A stretch of 64,000 bases of DNA from Candidatus Iainarchaeum sp. (GTDB taxonomy: Archaea; Iainarchaeota; Iainarchaeia; Iainarchaeales; UBA10219). The stretch covers positions 416,001-480,000 of the forward strand of contig JAGVWE010000002.1 of NCBI GenBank assembly GCA_018304425.1, given 5' to 3'. Under the pieces are notes generated by a model. That model saw nothing but the letters and a program-made list of their open reading frames with translations, had not been told where the DNA came from and searched no databases. Position numbers and translations under genes: made by a program. Shown piece after piece: positions 1 through 8,828 of this stretch (the first letter of the stretch is position 1; each line of letters starts with the position of its first letter).

Positions 1-1
1 C

Positions 2-157
2 GCACACCCATTCATCGCGCAGGAGAAATATGGCTTCATGGAAAGCGAGTTGCCCAAGCTGATGGCGAAACCGCCAGGCTATTTCTTGAAGGGCCTCATC
101 CACCCGGTAAAGGCGGCTGCAAGGGTTAAAAAGCTTGTTGAGGCCATTAGCAGTTAA
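2..157 (+). CDS. 3' end of a gene truncated by the window edge (unknown product)
   Basis: Open frame AHPFIAQEKYGF...KKLVEAISS*; its TAA (155-157) overlaps the ATG of the next gene (TAATG coupling). Confidence 0.6.
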   Translation, partial: AHPFIAQEKYGFMESELPKLMAKPPGYFLKGLIHPVKAAARVKKLVEAISS

Positions 158-957
158 TGTTGTCCGTCGTCGTATCGACCTTCAACCGGCAGAGCGTGTA
201 TGCTACCCTCAGCGCACTCAAGCAACTTCAGGTGCCCGTTGAAATAATCGTGGTTGACGATGGCAGCCAGGTCCCGGTTCAGGCCGGGGGCGTGCGCTTG
301 TACCGGAACGCTGAGAACAAGGGCTTGTCCCATTGCAGGAACAAGGGCCTGGAACTGGCGTCCAACGACTTTGTCGCTTTCATCGATGATGATGCCTTGC
401 CTGCGCTGGCCTGGTCCCAGCAGCTGGAGCAGTCGCTGCTGGCGGGTGCTGACATCGTTGGGGGCCAAATCGCACCAGAGTGGGTAGTGCGTGCGCCTTG
501 GTGGTTTTGCAGCCTCAACGAGTGCCTGGTGGGCGTGAACCCGACTACGCGGATTATCCTGGGTTGTAATTTCGCGGTCCGACGGTCTTTCCTGCGTTTG
601 CATGGGCTGATTTTTAATGAGTCTTTGGGGCGGAAGGGCCAGGACTTGATTGCCGGGGAGGAAAGCGAGTTGTTTTTTAGGGCCCGGGAAAGGGGGGCGA
701 AAATCGTTTTTAATGCCGGTGCCTTGGTACTGCACATCCTGGGCCCAGAGCGTGCGGTCTTGTCCTATCTGGTGCGCAGGGTCTTTGCCGAAGGCCGTAC
801 GGAGGGAATCCGCCGCCGTTTTGGGCAACATTTTGGCTATTTCTTGAACAGCCTTCGCCGGGCTTTCCACCACCGTCGTTTCAGAGAAGTGGGGATAGGC
901 TTCTTGGAATTGCCTCTTTATCTTGCCGGCGGTCTCTGGGGTAAACTCGTGGGCTGA
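157..957 (+). CDS. GT2 family glycosyltransferase
   Basis: SVVVSTFNR, IIVVDDGS, RNKG, FIDDD (DxD), GCNFAVRR, GEESE motifs. Confidence 0.92.
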   Translation: MLSVVVSTFNRQSVYATLSALKQLQVPVEIIVVDDGSQVPVQAGGVRLYRNAENKGLSHCRNKGLELASNDFVAFIDDDALPALAWSQQLEQSLLAGADIVGGQIAPEWVVRAPWWFCSLNECLVGVNPTTRIILGCNFAVRRSFLRLHGLIFNESLGRKGQDLIAGEESELFFRARERGAKIVFNAGALVLHILGPERAVLSYLVRRVFAEGRTEGIRRRFGQHFGYFLNSLRRAFHHRRFREVGIGFLELPLYLAGGLWGKLVG

Positions 958-1403
958 ATGACTGCATTCTCTTTAAGGGTTTCCAGCACCACATAGCTTT
1001 CGGTTCGAAGCGTGGCCTTGAGGCTTTTAACCCCTTTTTTTTCGTCGAAGACGAACTTGCCTAATTCGGCGTTGTCTTGGAGCCTTACCTTGGCAATCAA
1101 ATCGTGGGGGCCGGTAACCACAAACATTTCCTCTACTACTCCAAGCATGGCTAGGTGTTTGGCTACTTCTTTCTGGCTGTGCCCCGTGGTAACGATGTTG
1201 ACAAATACGGTCACGGGCCGGCCCAGTTTTGCGGCATCTACTACGGCCTTGTACCCGACGATTACGCCGGCCGTTTCAAGTTTTTTGATGCGATGGTAAA
1301 CGGTGGATCTTGGCAGGCGCAGCTCCCTAGCCAATTCATGGATTTTCCTGGCCGAATCCGTCTGCAGGGCCTCCAAAATCAATGAATCGATTTTGTCCAG
1401 CAT
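918..1403 (-). CDS. Lrp/AsnC family transcriptional regulator
   Basis: LDKIDSLILEALQTDSAR..HTH..RIKKLETAGVIVGY; C-terminal RAM domain VTGPHDLIAKV. Confidence 0.95.
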   Translation of the reverse strand: MLDKIDSLILEALQTDSARKIHELARELRLPRSTVYHRIKKLETAGVIVGYKAVVDAAKLGRPVTVFVNIVTTGHSQKEVAKHLAMLGVVEEMFVVTGPHDLIAKVRLQDNAELGKFVFDEKKGVKSLKATLRTESYVVLETLKENAVIQPTSLPQRPPAR

Positions 1404-1422
1404 ATGCCATTTAGCTTGGCAT
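1404..1422. promoter_or_regulatory. Inverted repeat ATGCCA-N7-TGGCAT between the A/T box and the Lrp start codon (candidate operator)
   Basis: Perfect 6-bp arms seen directly; function inferred. Confidence 0.4.
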
Positions 1423-1662
1423 TATTTTTTAACTATTGTGTTTATATGAAAAATTGGTTCTTTTTATTGGTTTTTATCGATTTTTTTACAAGAAAGCCAC
1501 CCAACCATTAATATAGTTCCAGCCAACCTGTATAGGTAATGGGTAGCCAAAAGCAGCGCGGTGGGACCGCTTCGTGTGGGGCGAGCAGGCGGAAAAGGAA
1601 GAAGGGGGCCAGAGCCAAAAACGATTATGGCAACCCGTGTTGGCTTATGGCCTAGTGCGTAA

Positions 1663-1776
1663 TCAGTCCATGCGAGCAACAAGGCCCTTGGCTTTCAGTT
1701 TCTCGGCAATGGTTCGCTTGACGGAAAAGATTTTGCCCGTGGTCAGTTCGACACGAACCTTGTTCTCAAGTCCCAT
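1663..1776 (-). CDS. Small basic protein, 37 aa (MGLENKVRVELTTGKIFSVKRTIAEKLKAKGLVARMD), absent from the ORF track
   Basis: ATG preceded by GAGGGTGA RBS; TTAAATA box ~85 nt upstream; protein-like composition. Confidence 0.7.
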   Translation of the reverse strand: MGLENKVRVELTTGKIFSVKRTIAEKLKAKGLVARMD

Positions 1777-1925
1777 GATACAAATCACCCTCGCTTGGTT
1801 GCTTTAGGCGTTGCCTTATTCAACACCTATTTGTAGGTCTTATACTGAAGCGATAGGGGGTATTTAAGCCTAGCAGTATTCGGAATCCTAACCCAACCCA
1901 AACCCGTTTTTATGTATAAATAGTG

Positions 1926-2288
1926 TTAGTCCTTTACTGTAAGTGGGATCCGTTTGGTCGATTCGTTGGCCACGTAGCTCCAGTCATTGAAGTGTTCCGT
2001 GACGCGAATCATGATTTCTTGTTCGCCTGGCTGGGTCATTTGCTTGGGGTACACATCAAAGTACCACGCCAACTCTTGCCCCGGCTTAAACGACTCTATT
2101 TTTTTCATGGCGTTTGCCACGATGCCCGATTTGTCCAGGGCCAGTTGTCTGCCAGCTGAAAGCAGGAAGGTGACTTTTTTGGCGGTCTGCCCGGTGTTTC
2201 TCAATTCAACGAACAGCTGCACAGGCCGCCGCTCCTTGAGGCTCATGCGGAACGGGTTAAAATGGGAGTTAATGCTGATGTCGCCCAT
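1926..2288 (-). CDS. Hypothetical protein, probable single Ig-like beta-sandwich domain
   Basis: Alternating beta pattern VQLFVELRNTG...FKPGQE..WYFDVYP..PGEQEIMIRV; start moved to MGDISINS. Confidence 0.65.
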   Translation of the reverse strand: MGDISINSHFNPFRMSLKERRPVQLFVELRNTGQTAKKVTFLLSAGRQLALDKSGIVANAMKKIESFKPGQELAWYFDVYPKQMTQPGEQEIMIRVTEHFNDWSYVANESTKRIPLTVKD

Positions 2289-2388
2289 GATTAATACTCT
2301 CTCCATAAAGGCTTTAAAAAGGTATTTTTGCGCGCGCTTTTTGCGGGTTGCAAACCATTAAATACTGCTTTGGAAATACTCTATTGGA

Positions 2389-2409
2389 AAGGAAAAAATC
2401 TTTTTCCTT
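2389..2409. promoter_or_regulatory. Inverted repeat AAGGAAAAA-ATC-TTTTTCCTT between the TATA box (~2358-2364) and the wHTH gene
   Basis: Perfect 9-bp arms. Confidence 0.4.
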
Positions 2410-2430
2410 CCCAGCCGAAGGTATCAGCCT

Positions 2431-2904
2431 ATGACTGCCAAAATCCCGGAAGCCGAGCTGGTTCGGAGGACCTATACCTTGCGGGTGATGGACTTGCCGC
2501 CCAGCGTTTCCCTCACCAAGCGCAGCCTGTTGCGCTGGTTTGCCCTGGCTTTTGGCATCATTTCCGAGCAGGAGTCCCGGTCCACCATTTTTGATGTGCT
2601 GGATTCCCTGTTCTATCACCAGTTCACCAAAAAAACCGACCCCACCTCCGCTGACCTGCAGGCTTACTTGAAATCGAAGGGGCGAAAGGTTTCCGACAAG
2701 CTCCTCCTCTACCACTTGAAGCGGCTCCAGGACAGTGGTCTGGTTCAGCGACGGAAAGGCAAGTACCTGTTTTGTTCAGACGCTTATTCTGATAAGTCCA
2801 ACCTGGCGGCCGGCTTCAAGTCATCGGTTGCAAGCGCGGTCAATAAATCACTGGAAGACATTCAAAGCGTGCTTGGCAAACTGGCCGATGGTTACCGCCG
2901 CTAA
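2431..2904 (+). CDS. Winged helix-turn-helix protein (ArsR-like), putative regulator
   Basis: PTSADLQAYLK..VSDKLLLYHLKRLQDSGLVQRRKGKY wHTH pattern. Confidence 0.75.
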   Translation: MTAKIPEAELVRRTYTLRVMDLPPSVSLTKRSLLRWFALAFGIISEQESRSTIFDVLDSLFYHQFTKKTDPTSADLQAYLKSKGRKVSDKLLLYHLKRLQDSGLVQRRKGKYLFCSDAYSDKSNLAAGFKSSVASAVNKSLEDIQSVLGKLADGYRR

Positions 2905-3587
2905 GCCGTCTTCAAGGCGTGCAAGCATTCCTCCACGCTTTCATGCACGCGCCAATTCTTCTGCAGGGCCAAGTTCCGTAACACGCTGTTGGGGTGCAGG
3001 CACACCGGGGTTTCCACCAATTCAAACATGGGGGCATCGTGTTCCGTGTCCCCAAACGCATAGCTGCCTGCTTTTTCCAGGCCCCGTTCCTTTACCAGCT
3101 TTTCCAGCAACTCCTTTTTGGCGGCATCTGGCCTCAAATCCGTTTTAAGCCTTCCCGTGTAAATGCCTTCCACCACTTCCAGCTCGGTTCCAATGATTTT
3201 CTGCGTCCCCAGCCGTTTTTGGCAGGCGGTTAGGGCTTCTACCAGCGCGCGGGACAAGGCAACCGTGTAATAGCCGCGGGCATTAAACCATTGAACCAGT
3301 TCCGGGGCCCGGTCTCTCCACCCAGTAAACTCCTCGAAAACGGTTTCAGCGGCCTGCAACACGTCTGCCTGTTTCTTGCCTTTAAAGCCAAAACACCATT
3401 GCCGTACCACCTGTTCTCCGCGTTCCTGCCAGGTTGCCTCCCGGCGCTTGTAGCGGTCGACGATGGCCAGGACGCTGTCAAAGTTTTCAGCGGGGAAAAG
3501 GCCGCGTTCAGTGAGGGCTTCCACAAGCTTGAGGCTCAGCGTTTCCCTGGCCAGCGTTCCATCCACATCGAATACCGCAAATTTCAC
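2901..3587 (-). CDS. HAD-IB (phosphoserine phosphatase-like) hydrolase
   Basis: FDVDGT motif I, LS motif II, K motif III, GDTEHD motif IV; GTG start after GGAGG. Confidence 0.88.
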   Translation of the reverse strand: MKFAVFDVDGTLARETLSLKLVEALTERGLFPAENFDSVLAIVDRYKRREATWQERGEQVVRQWCFGFKGKKQADVLQAAETVFEEFTGWRDRAPELVQWFNARGYYTVALSRALVEALTACQKRLGTQKIIGTELEVVEGIYTGRLKTDLRPDAAKKELLEKLVKERGLEKAGSYAFGDTEHDAPMFELVETPVCLHPNSVLRNLALQKNWRVHESVEECLHALKTA

Positions 3588-3603
3588 GTGCTTTCCTCCG
3601 CCA

Positions 3604-4656
3604 TCAAGAATACTTCGTCTTTCGCTGGTCCAGCCACTCCCGAAGCCGGCCCGAATAAACAATGAATTTCTTTTGCTTAAGTGACTTCACGTCTTTGGCC
3701 CCGACCAAGAACATCCCGATGCGTATTTCTTCCACCAACCGGGAAAGCAGTTTCTTGACCCCTTCCCGCCCGCCTTCCGATTGGGCCTTGATGACTGGCT
3801 GCGCCAATTCTCCCAGGCTTGCGCCCATGGCAAGGGCCTTGACTACATCCAGCCCACTGCGGATGCCACCCGAAGCAATCAAGGGGCCTTTCCAGGCCTG
3901 GCGTGCCTCTAGTAAGGCGGCCGCGGTTGGCACGCCAAAGTCCCAGAAAGTCTGCCCGACTTCCTTTTTGCCCCGCAAAGAGTCAACGCCAATCCAAGAT
4001 GTTCCCCCCGCACCGGCCACGTCAACTGCCTTGATTTTCGTGTGCGCCAGTCGTTGAACGGCTTCACGCGCCAGGCCATGGCCCACTTCCTTCACGTACA
4101 CGGGCACCTGCAACCGGCGGGCAAGCAGGTCAATGGTCTTCAAGCAGCCCTTAAAGTCAGGCATTCCCTCAGGCTGCACGGCTTCTTGGCCGGGGTTCAA
4201 GTGAATGGCCAGGGCATTTGCGCCGACGTCTTCCAGCATCTTTTCAATCACATCTAGGGCATACTGCCGTGCCTGCGTGGCCCCCAGGTTTCCCGCCAAG
4301 AAAATCGTTGGCGCGACATCCCGCACATAATAGGTTTCCGTCAGGGCCGGGGCTTCCACCATTCGCCGCTGGGAGCCAAGCCCCATGCCAAGCCCGAGTT
4401 CCTCACAGGCCGCGGCAATGTCCTTGTTTATCTGCTTGGCAATGGCCGTTCCCCCCGTCATACCTGACACCATCAGGGGGGCGGCGAATTCATGGCCCAA
4501 GAACGTTGTCCGGGAATCCACTTCGCTCAACTTCATTTCGGGCAAGGCGTCATACACCAAGTCAATGTCTTCAAAACCCGTGTGCTTGTCCTTGAACTGC
4601 ACATCCTGCGTCGTGCAAATCCGGATGTGCTCCACTTTTCTATCCCTTTCCGCCAT
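3604..4656 (-). CDS. fni: Type 2 isopentenyl-diphosphate delta-isomerase (FMN-dependent)
   Basis: RKVEHI, MTGG, GSQR, HLNPGQE, KEVGHG, GGTSW, SGGIR motifs. Confidence 0.96.
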   Translation of the reverse strand: MAERDRKVEHIRICTTQDVQFKDKHTGFEDIDLVYDALPEMKLSEVDSRTTFLGHEFAAPLMVSGMTGGTAIAKQINKDIAAACEELGLGMGLGSQRRMVEAPALTETYYVRDVAPTIFLAGNLGATQARQYALDVIEKMLEDVGANALAIHLNPGQEAVQPEGMPDFKGCLKTIDLLARRLQVPVYVKEVGHGLAREAVQRLAHTKIKAVDVAGAGGTSWIGVDSLRGKKEVGQTFWDFGVPTAAALLEARQAWKGPLIASGGIRSGLDVVKALAMGASLGELAQPVIKAQSEGGREGVKKLLSRLVEEIRIGMFLVGAKDVKSLKQKKFIVYSGRLREWLDQRKTKYS

Positions 4657-4683
4657 GTCAATCTTACTCCCTTATAGTCATTC

Positions 4684-4695
4684 AACCATTTAAAC
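4684..4695 (-). promoter_or_regulatory. Internal TATA box (TTTAAA) upstream of fni
   Basis: GGTTTAAATGGTT on the minus strand in the PMK-fni gap, GGGAG RBS downstream. Confidence 0.5.
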
Positions 4696-5799
4696 CTACT
4701 CGATGCCTTGCCCGGCCAGGTGAAGGTCCAGCACCTGCAGGCCGGCTTTCCTCCATGCCGTGTGAATGCATTCCGCCGTGCGCTCATCAAAGCAGAGGGC
4801 TATTCCGGAATCCCCTCCTCCTGCCCCAGACCATTTGCCGGCCGCCCAACAGCCCTCCGCGGCCTCGGCCAGGACCCGTAAACCTCGGGTTTCCAGTTCC
4901 ATTCCCGCCCCTTTTTGAAGGCCCAATAAGGCCGCCCGATTTTCTTTCACCGCGTTTAGCGCCCCGACCGGGTCTTCCGCATCCAATGCCTTAATCAGCT
5001 TTTCAGTCGCCGCCTGCAAGGCGGCCATACAGGTGGCATAGGCTTTCCCGTCCAGGGCCTTCCAGTCCCTTACTTTCCGGATCAGCGCCGGAGTCGAAGC
5101 GCTTTGGCCGGTAAACGCGCCCAACAACCGGAACCCCTTGGGTGGCAGTAGCCAGCGTTGGGTGAACCCCGGCCATTTTTGTTCCACCAATTCACGCACA
5201 TCCTTTCCTGAAACCAGTTCTTTATCCAGCCAGGCCCCCTCAAACCGTGTGTACACCATCAACCGGCCATACGTCGAACACGCGATGTCAAAAGCGGAAC
5301 CCACTTTTCCTTGCGCGAGATAATGCGCTAGGCAACCCAGTTTGAACACGATTTCCTTTGCGTACTCGTCCATCAGGTTATAATCGTGCAGTTTCAGCAC
5401 GCCACCAATAATAGCCACCACAGCCGCGGCGCTGCTCCCGAACCCGACTTTTTTTCCCGCTATTCGGGTTTCCTCTGACTTAGTTTCTACTTCCATGCCT
5501 TCCGGCGTTTTTCCACAGGCCACCAAGTACTGCAACACGGCCTCCAACGCTTTTTCCGCGAACCTGAGCTTGCCCCCTTCCTCGGGCGACAACGGTTTTT
5601 TCCACTTCAGGGTTTTCCCATCGAATCCGGCTTCCACCCAGTCCAGGCCCAAGCTCTTGGACTTGAACCGTAAGCCCTTCCACGGCCGCACCCAGCACTC
5701 CACGTACTTGTCCACGGCTGCGGCCACACAGGGCGCGCCCTCTAACACGGAGTACTCGCCGCTCACCATGAGCTTACCCGGTGCTTTCACGTGAACCAT
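4696..5799 (-). CDS. mvaK2: Phosphomevalonate kinase, Gram-positive bacterial type (GHMP)
   Basis: KAPGKLMVSGEYSVLE, KVGFGSSAA, HYLAQGKVGSAFDIACSTYG, KWSGAGGGDSGIA; start moved to MVHVKAPG. Confidence 0.9.
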   Translation of the reverse strand: MVHVKAPGKLMVSGEYSVLEGAPCVAAAVDKYVECWVRPWKGLRFKSKSLGLDWVEAGFDGKTLKWKKPLSPEEGGKLRFAEKALEAVLQYLVACGKTPEGMEVETKSEETRIAGKKVGFGSSAAAVVAIIGGVLKLHDYNLMDEYAKEIVFKLGCLAHYLAQGKVGSAFDIACSTYGRLMVYTRFEGAWLDKELVSGKDVRELVEQKWPGFTQRWLLPPKGFRLLGAFTGQSASTPALIRKVRDWKALDGKAYATCMAALQAATEKLIKALDAEDPVGALNAVKENRAALLGLQKGAGMELETRGLRVLAEAAEGCWAAGKWSGAGGGDSGIALCFDERTAECIHTAWRKAGLQVLDLHLAGQGIE

Positions 5800-5807
5800 G
5801 GCATCCC

Positions 5808-6809
5808 CTAAAACAAGTGCTTGAATGAAAGCCGTGCGCCCTGGCCCGGTTTGCACACAATGGCTTTTTTCACGCCCTTTAGGCCCTCCAGTTTTCGGGC
5901 CAGCCGGCGTGCATCTTTGGCCCTGCAAAGGACCTTGACGTTAGGGCCTCCATCAATCGTAAACCAGCATCGTTCACCGCTTGCCCGCCAATCCACTACT
6001 GAACGTATGACTTCCATCGTTGCTGGCTGCCAGTAGAGGACGCGTGGCGTGGTGGTCATCATGGTGGCATGCATCTTCAGGCAATTCACTTCCGCGATCT
6101 CTCCCACCTGAGTAAGGTTCCGCTGCCGGATTCCTTTTCGAATGGCTTTCAAGTCCGGGTCAATCGTTTCCAGCCAGGTCTTGTACAGGGGTGAGGTCTT
6201 CACGGTTTCCCGCATGCCGGCCCGCGAGCTAATCTTCTTTTTCGTTGATGTCACAATCGTGGTCACCAGCCGGAAGTCCTTCCAATGGGTTTCATCCGCT
6301 AGCTGCACGGCACAGGAGTCGCTTCCATCCCGCTGGTGACCCTTCACCCATTCCACGAAACCGCCGTACACGCTTCGGCTCGCACTCCCCGAACCCAGCC
6401 GTGAAAGAATGGACAGGTTTCGTGCATCCAAGCCCATGCCAGCCGCCGCGCTGGCCGCGAGGCTCAACGCACAAAAACCGGATGCACTGCTCGCCAGGCC
6501 AGCCGCGGTCGGAAAATTGTTTTTCGACTCCACGCGTGCCTTCCCCTTGATTCCAGCTAGCTTCCGCACCAAGTCCAAGTGCCGGACCACCCGCGTCCTT
6601 TCCTCCCCCAGCAATTCCCGTCCATCCAGCTGTATCCGGTCAGCCCGGCGCTTTCCACCAAACTCCACGGTAGTCGTGGTATACAAGTCATCCAGGGTCA
6701 CGGAAATGCTCGAATTGGCTGGCAAAAGCAGCCGCTCATCCCGCTTGCCCCAGTACTTGACCAAGGCAATGTTGCTGTTGGCGATGGCCGTGGCCTTCAA
6801 GGCAGTCAC
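5808..6809 (-). CDS. mvaD: Diphosphomevalonate decarboxylase
   Basis: NIALVKYWGK, NSSISVTL, NNFPTAAGLASSASG, SGSASRS, SSRAGM, TIDGGPNV. Confidence 0.93.
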   Translation of the reverse strand: MTALKATAIANSNIALVKYWGKRDERLLLPANSSISVTLDDLYTTTTVEFGGKRRADRIQLDGRELLGEERTRVVRHLDLVRKLAGIKGKARVESKNNFPTAAGLASSASGFCALSLAASAAAGMGLDARNLSILSRLGSGSASRSVYGGFVEWVKGHQRDGSDSCAVQLADETHWKDFRLVTTIVTSTKKKISSRAGMRETVKTSPLYKTWLETIDPDLKAIRKGIRQRNLTQVGEIAEVNCLKMHATMMTTTPRVLYWQPATMEVIRSVVDWRASGERCWFTIDGGPNVKVLCRAKDARRLARKLEGLKGVKKAIVCKPGQGARLSFKHLF

Positions 6810-6812
6810 CAG

Positions 6813-7712
6813 TCACTCCCCAATCCGTACCTTCAGGGTGGGCCAGCCCAGCTTTTCAATGGCTTTGGCCACTTCCGCTTGCTTGCCGGGGCACAAGGCA
6901 ATCACACTGCCGCCGCCCCCCGCACCTGTCAGTTTTGCGCCCAGGGCCCCGGCCTTCAGGGCGGCCGAGCACATGGCATCGAGTTCCCGGGTTGAAACGC
7001 CGATTTCTTTGAGTAGCTCGTGGTTCTGGTTCAGGAGGGCACCGATTTTTTTTTCTTCTCCCTTTAGCAGGGCTTCCCGTGCCTCATCCACCAGTTTGCC
7101 TGCGTCTTCAAAGATTCGCGCAAACTTTTCCGGGTTCTTTTCCTTGCGCGTCCGCACGGCTTCCACGAGTTCCTTGGTCGTGCCCTTCCTTGGACAGGTT
7201 CCAATCACGACTTCCAGGGGCTTCCGCGCTTTCAGCCGTTCTATCTGGTTGGCGCCGCCTTCCAGGTTTTTCTTGAACCACACCAGGCCACCGTAGGTCG
7301 CCACCGTGTTGTCGATGCCGGAGGGCGTGCCGTGCGCGATTTTCTCGCCTTCATAGGCTATTCGGCACACGTCATCGTTGCCCAGGTTTTTTCCGACTAT
7401 CTGTGCTAGTGCCCGCGTGGCCGCCACGCAGAAGGCCGCGCTGCTGCCCATGCCGGAGCCAATCTGCAGTTCCGTGCTTACCTCGAGTTCCACGCCTTCA
7501 TTGATGCCGAGCTTGTTGGCCAGCACGGCCGCCATCTTTTCCAGGAACTCCGGGTTGTGTCGCTTGTCTGCAGCCTCCACTTTTATGCGGGTTCCCTTGG
7601 CTTTCCTGGCTGAAACTGTGGTTTGGTCGGACACGCTGCCAGCAATGGCCGGAATTCCGTACACTACAAAGTGTTCTCCGAACAAAATCGTTTTACCACA
7701 GGCCTTGGCCAT
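6813..7712 (-). CDS. mvk: Mevalonate kinase
   Basis: GKTILFGEHFVVYG, GMGSSAA, HGTPSGIDN, GAKLTGAGGGG; start after GGAGGA RBS. Confidence 0.95.
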   Translation of the reverse strand: MAKACGKTILFGEHFVVYGIPAIAGSVSDQTTVSARKAKGTRIKVEAADKRHNPEFLEKMAAVLANKLGINEGVELEVSTELQIGSGMGSSAAFCVAATRALAQIVGKNLGNDDVCRIAYEGEKIAHGTPSGIDNTVATYGGLVWFKKNLEGGANQIERLKARKPLEVVIGTCPRKGTTKELVEAVRTRKEKNPEKFARIFEDAGKLVDEAREALLKGEEKKIGALLNQNHELLKEIGVSTRELDAMCSAALKAGALGAKLTGAGGGGSVIALCPGKQAEVAKAIEKLGWPTLKVRIGE

Positions 7713-7723
7713 TTCCATTCCTC

Positions 7724-8416
7724 CTACCAATAAGCGTTCAAAGCCGTTAAAATGCTTTCCTCGCCTGCAATCACCCAATTCTTTCGTTCTGCCAGTTCCC
7801 GTAATTCCTTGTCCGGGTCAAAGGCAATGGCTTTGCCGCAGGCTGCTAGGAAGCCTGCGTCGTGCAGCGTGTCGCCTACGCCTATGCAATCCCCCAACCG
7901 CATATTATGTAGCCTTGCATAGGTTTTCACGGCTTGTGCTTTTCCTTCCACCGATAGAACGCCTTCATCGAACCCGGAAATTCGCCCGTCTTCCACGCGT
8001 TCCCGGGTGCCAATCACTTCTTGCACGCCGGCTTTTTCGCCGATTGCTTCGACCAGGAAACTCAGCGAACCCGTGACCACCACGAGGTCATAACCCTTGT
8101 CCCGTGCCTCGCGCACCAGGCTGGGCACGAACTCATACACATTGTCCTCCGCATAAAATTCCTGGGCAAACGCTTCCGCAGCCTTTCGGGCTGCCGTCAT
8201 ATCCAAGCCCACAAACCCTTGAATGGCCCGCTTGAAGCACTCCAAGGAATCCAGGTAGGTCAGCTTTCCTTCCTTCATGCGGATAGTCGTTTCCCGGATG
8301 TACTCCGCGTGCCGTTTTTCAATCAACCCCCGCTCCGCGCAGTACTGCATGAAGCCATGCGATGAATACACTTTCGTCAGTGTCTTGTCCCAGTCGCTGA
8401 ACACGGCTTTGCGCAC
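7724..8416 (-). CDS. Second HAD-IB hydrolase
   Basis: SDWDKT motif I variant, VTGS, GKAQA, GDTLHD; GTG start at VRKAVF. Confidence 0.85.
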   Translation of the reverse strand: MRKAVFSDWDKTLTKVYSSHGFMQYCAERGLIEKRHAEYIRETTIRMKEGKLTYLDSLECFKRAIQGFVGLDMTAARKAAEAFAQEFYAEDNVYEFVPSLVREARDKGYDLVVVTGSLSFLVEAIGEKAGVQEVIGTRERVEDGRISGFDEGVLSVEGKAQAVKTYARLHNMRLGDCIGVGDTLHDAGFLAACGKAIAFDPDKELRELAERKNWVIAGEESILTALNAYW

Positions 8417-8429
8417 TTCATCGCCTTGC

Positions 8430-8828
8430 CTAAAACACCGGCCGGAACTTCGTTCCATAATGCAGGACACCGGTTTCCCCGGATGCGTAGAACTTCCGGA
8501 AAACGGCTTCCACTCTTTGGCCAATCTTCAAGTCGCCAGCGTTTGCGTCGCAAATCTGGGCTCCGACCTTCGGGCCTTCATCGAGTTTCACGATGCCAAT
8601 TACATAGGGGGTCTTCGATTCAAAGACTTCGGGCGCGGCTTTCACTTCCGTGAACGTCAACAGCCGGCCCTTGCCGGAAAACTGCTGGGCCGCAAATTCC
8701 TTGCCGCCACACGGGCACTGTTCCTTGGCCGGGTAATAGGTTTCCCCACAGGCCTTGCAGGCGTTTCCAATCAGCCTATACCGGTCCGTGTACTTCCTCC
8801 ACCGGATGACCGCGCTTTCCTCGAACAT
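8430..8828 (-). CDS. DUF35 Zn-ribbon/OB-fold protein (thiolase-HMGCS scaffold)
   Basis: CKACG...CPCG zinc ribbon, PYVIGIVKLDEG, YGTKF; adjacent to thiolase. Confidence 0.93.
   Translation of the reverse strand: MFEESAVIRWRKYTDRYRLIGNACKACGETYYPAKEQCPCGGKEFAAQQFSGKGRLLTFTEVKAAPEVFESKTPYVIGIVKLDEGPKVGAQICDANAGDLKIGQRVEAVFRKFYASGETGVLHYGTKFRPVF

Noticed and set aside
1539-1655. 38-aa basic ORF on + (MGSQKQRGG...CWLMA) after a TTAATATA box
   Set aside because: No recognisable motif and low complexity; cannot be told from chance, though a transcript here is possible
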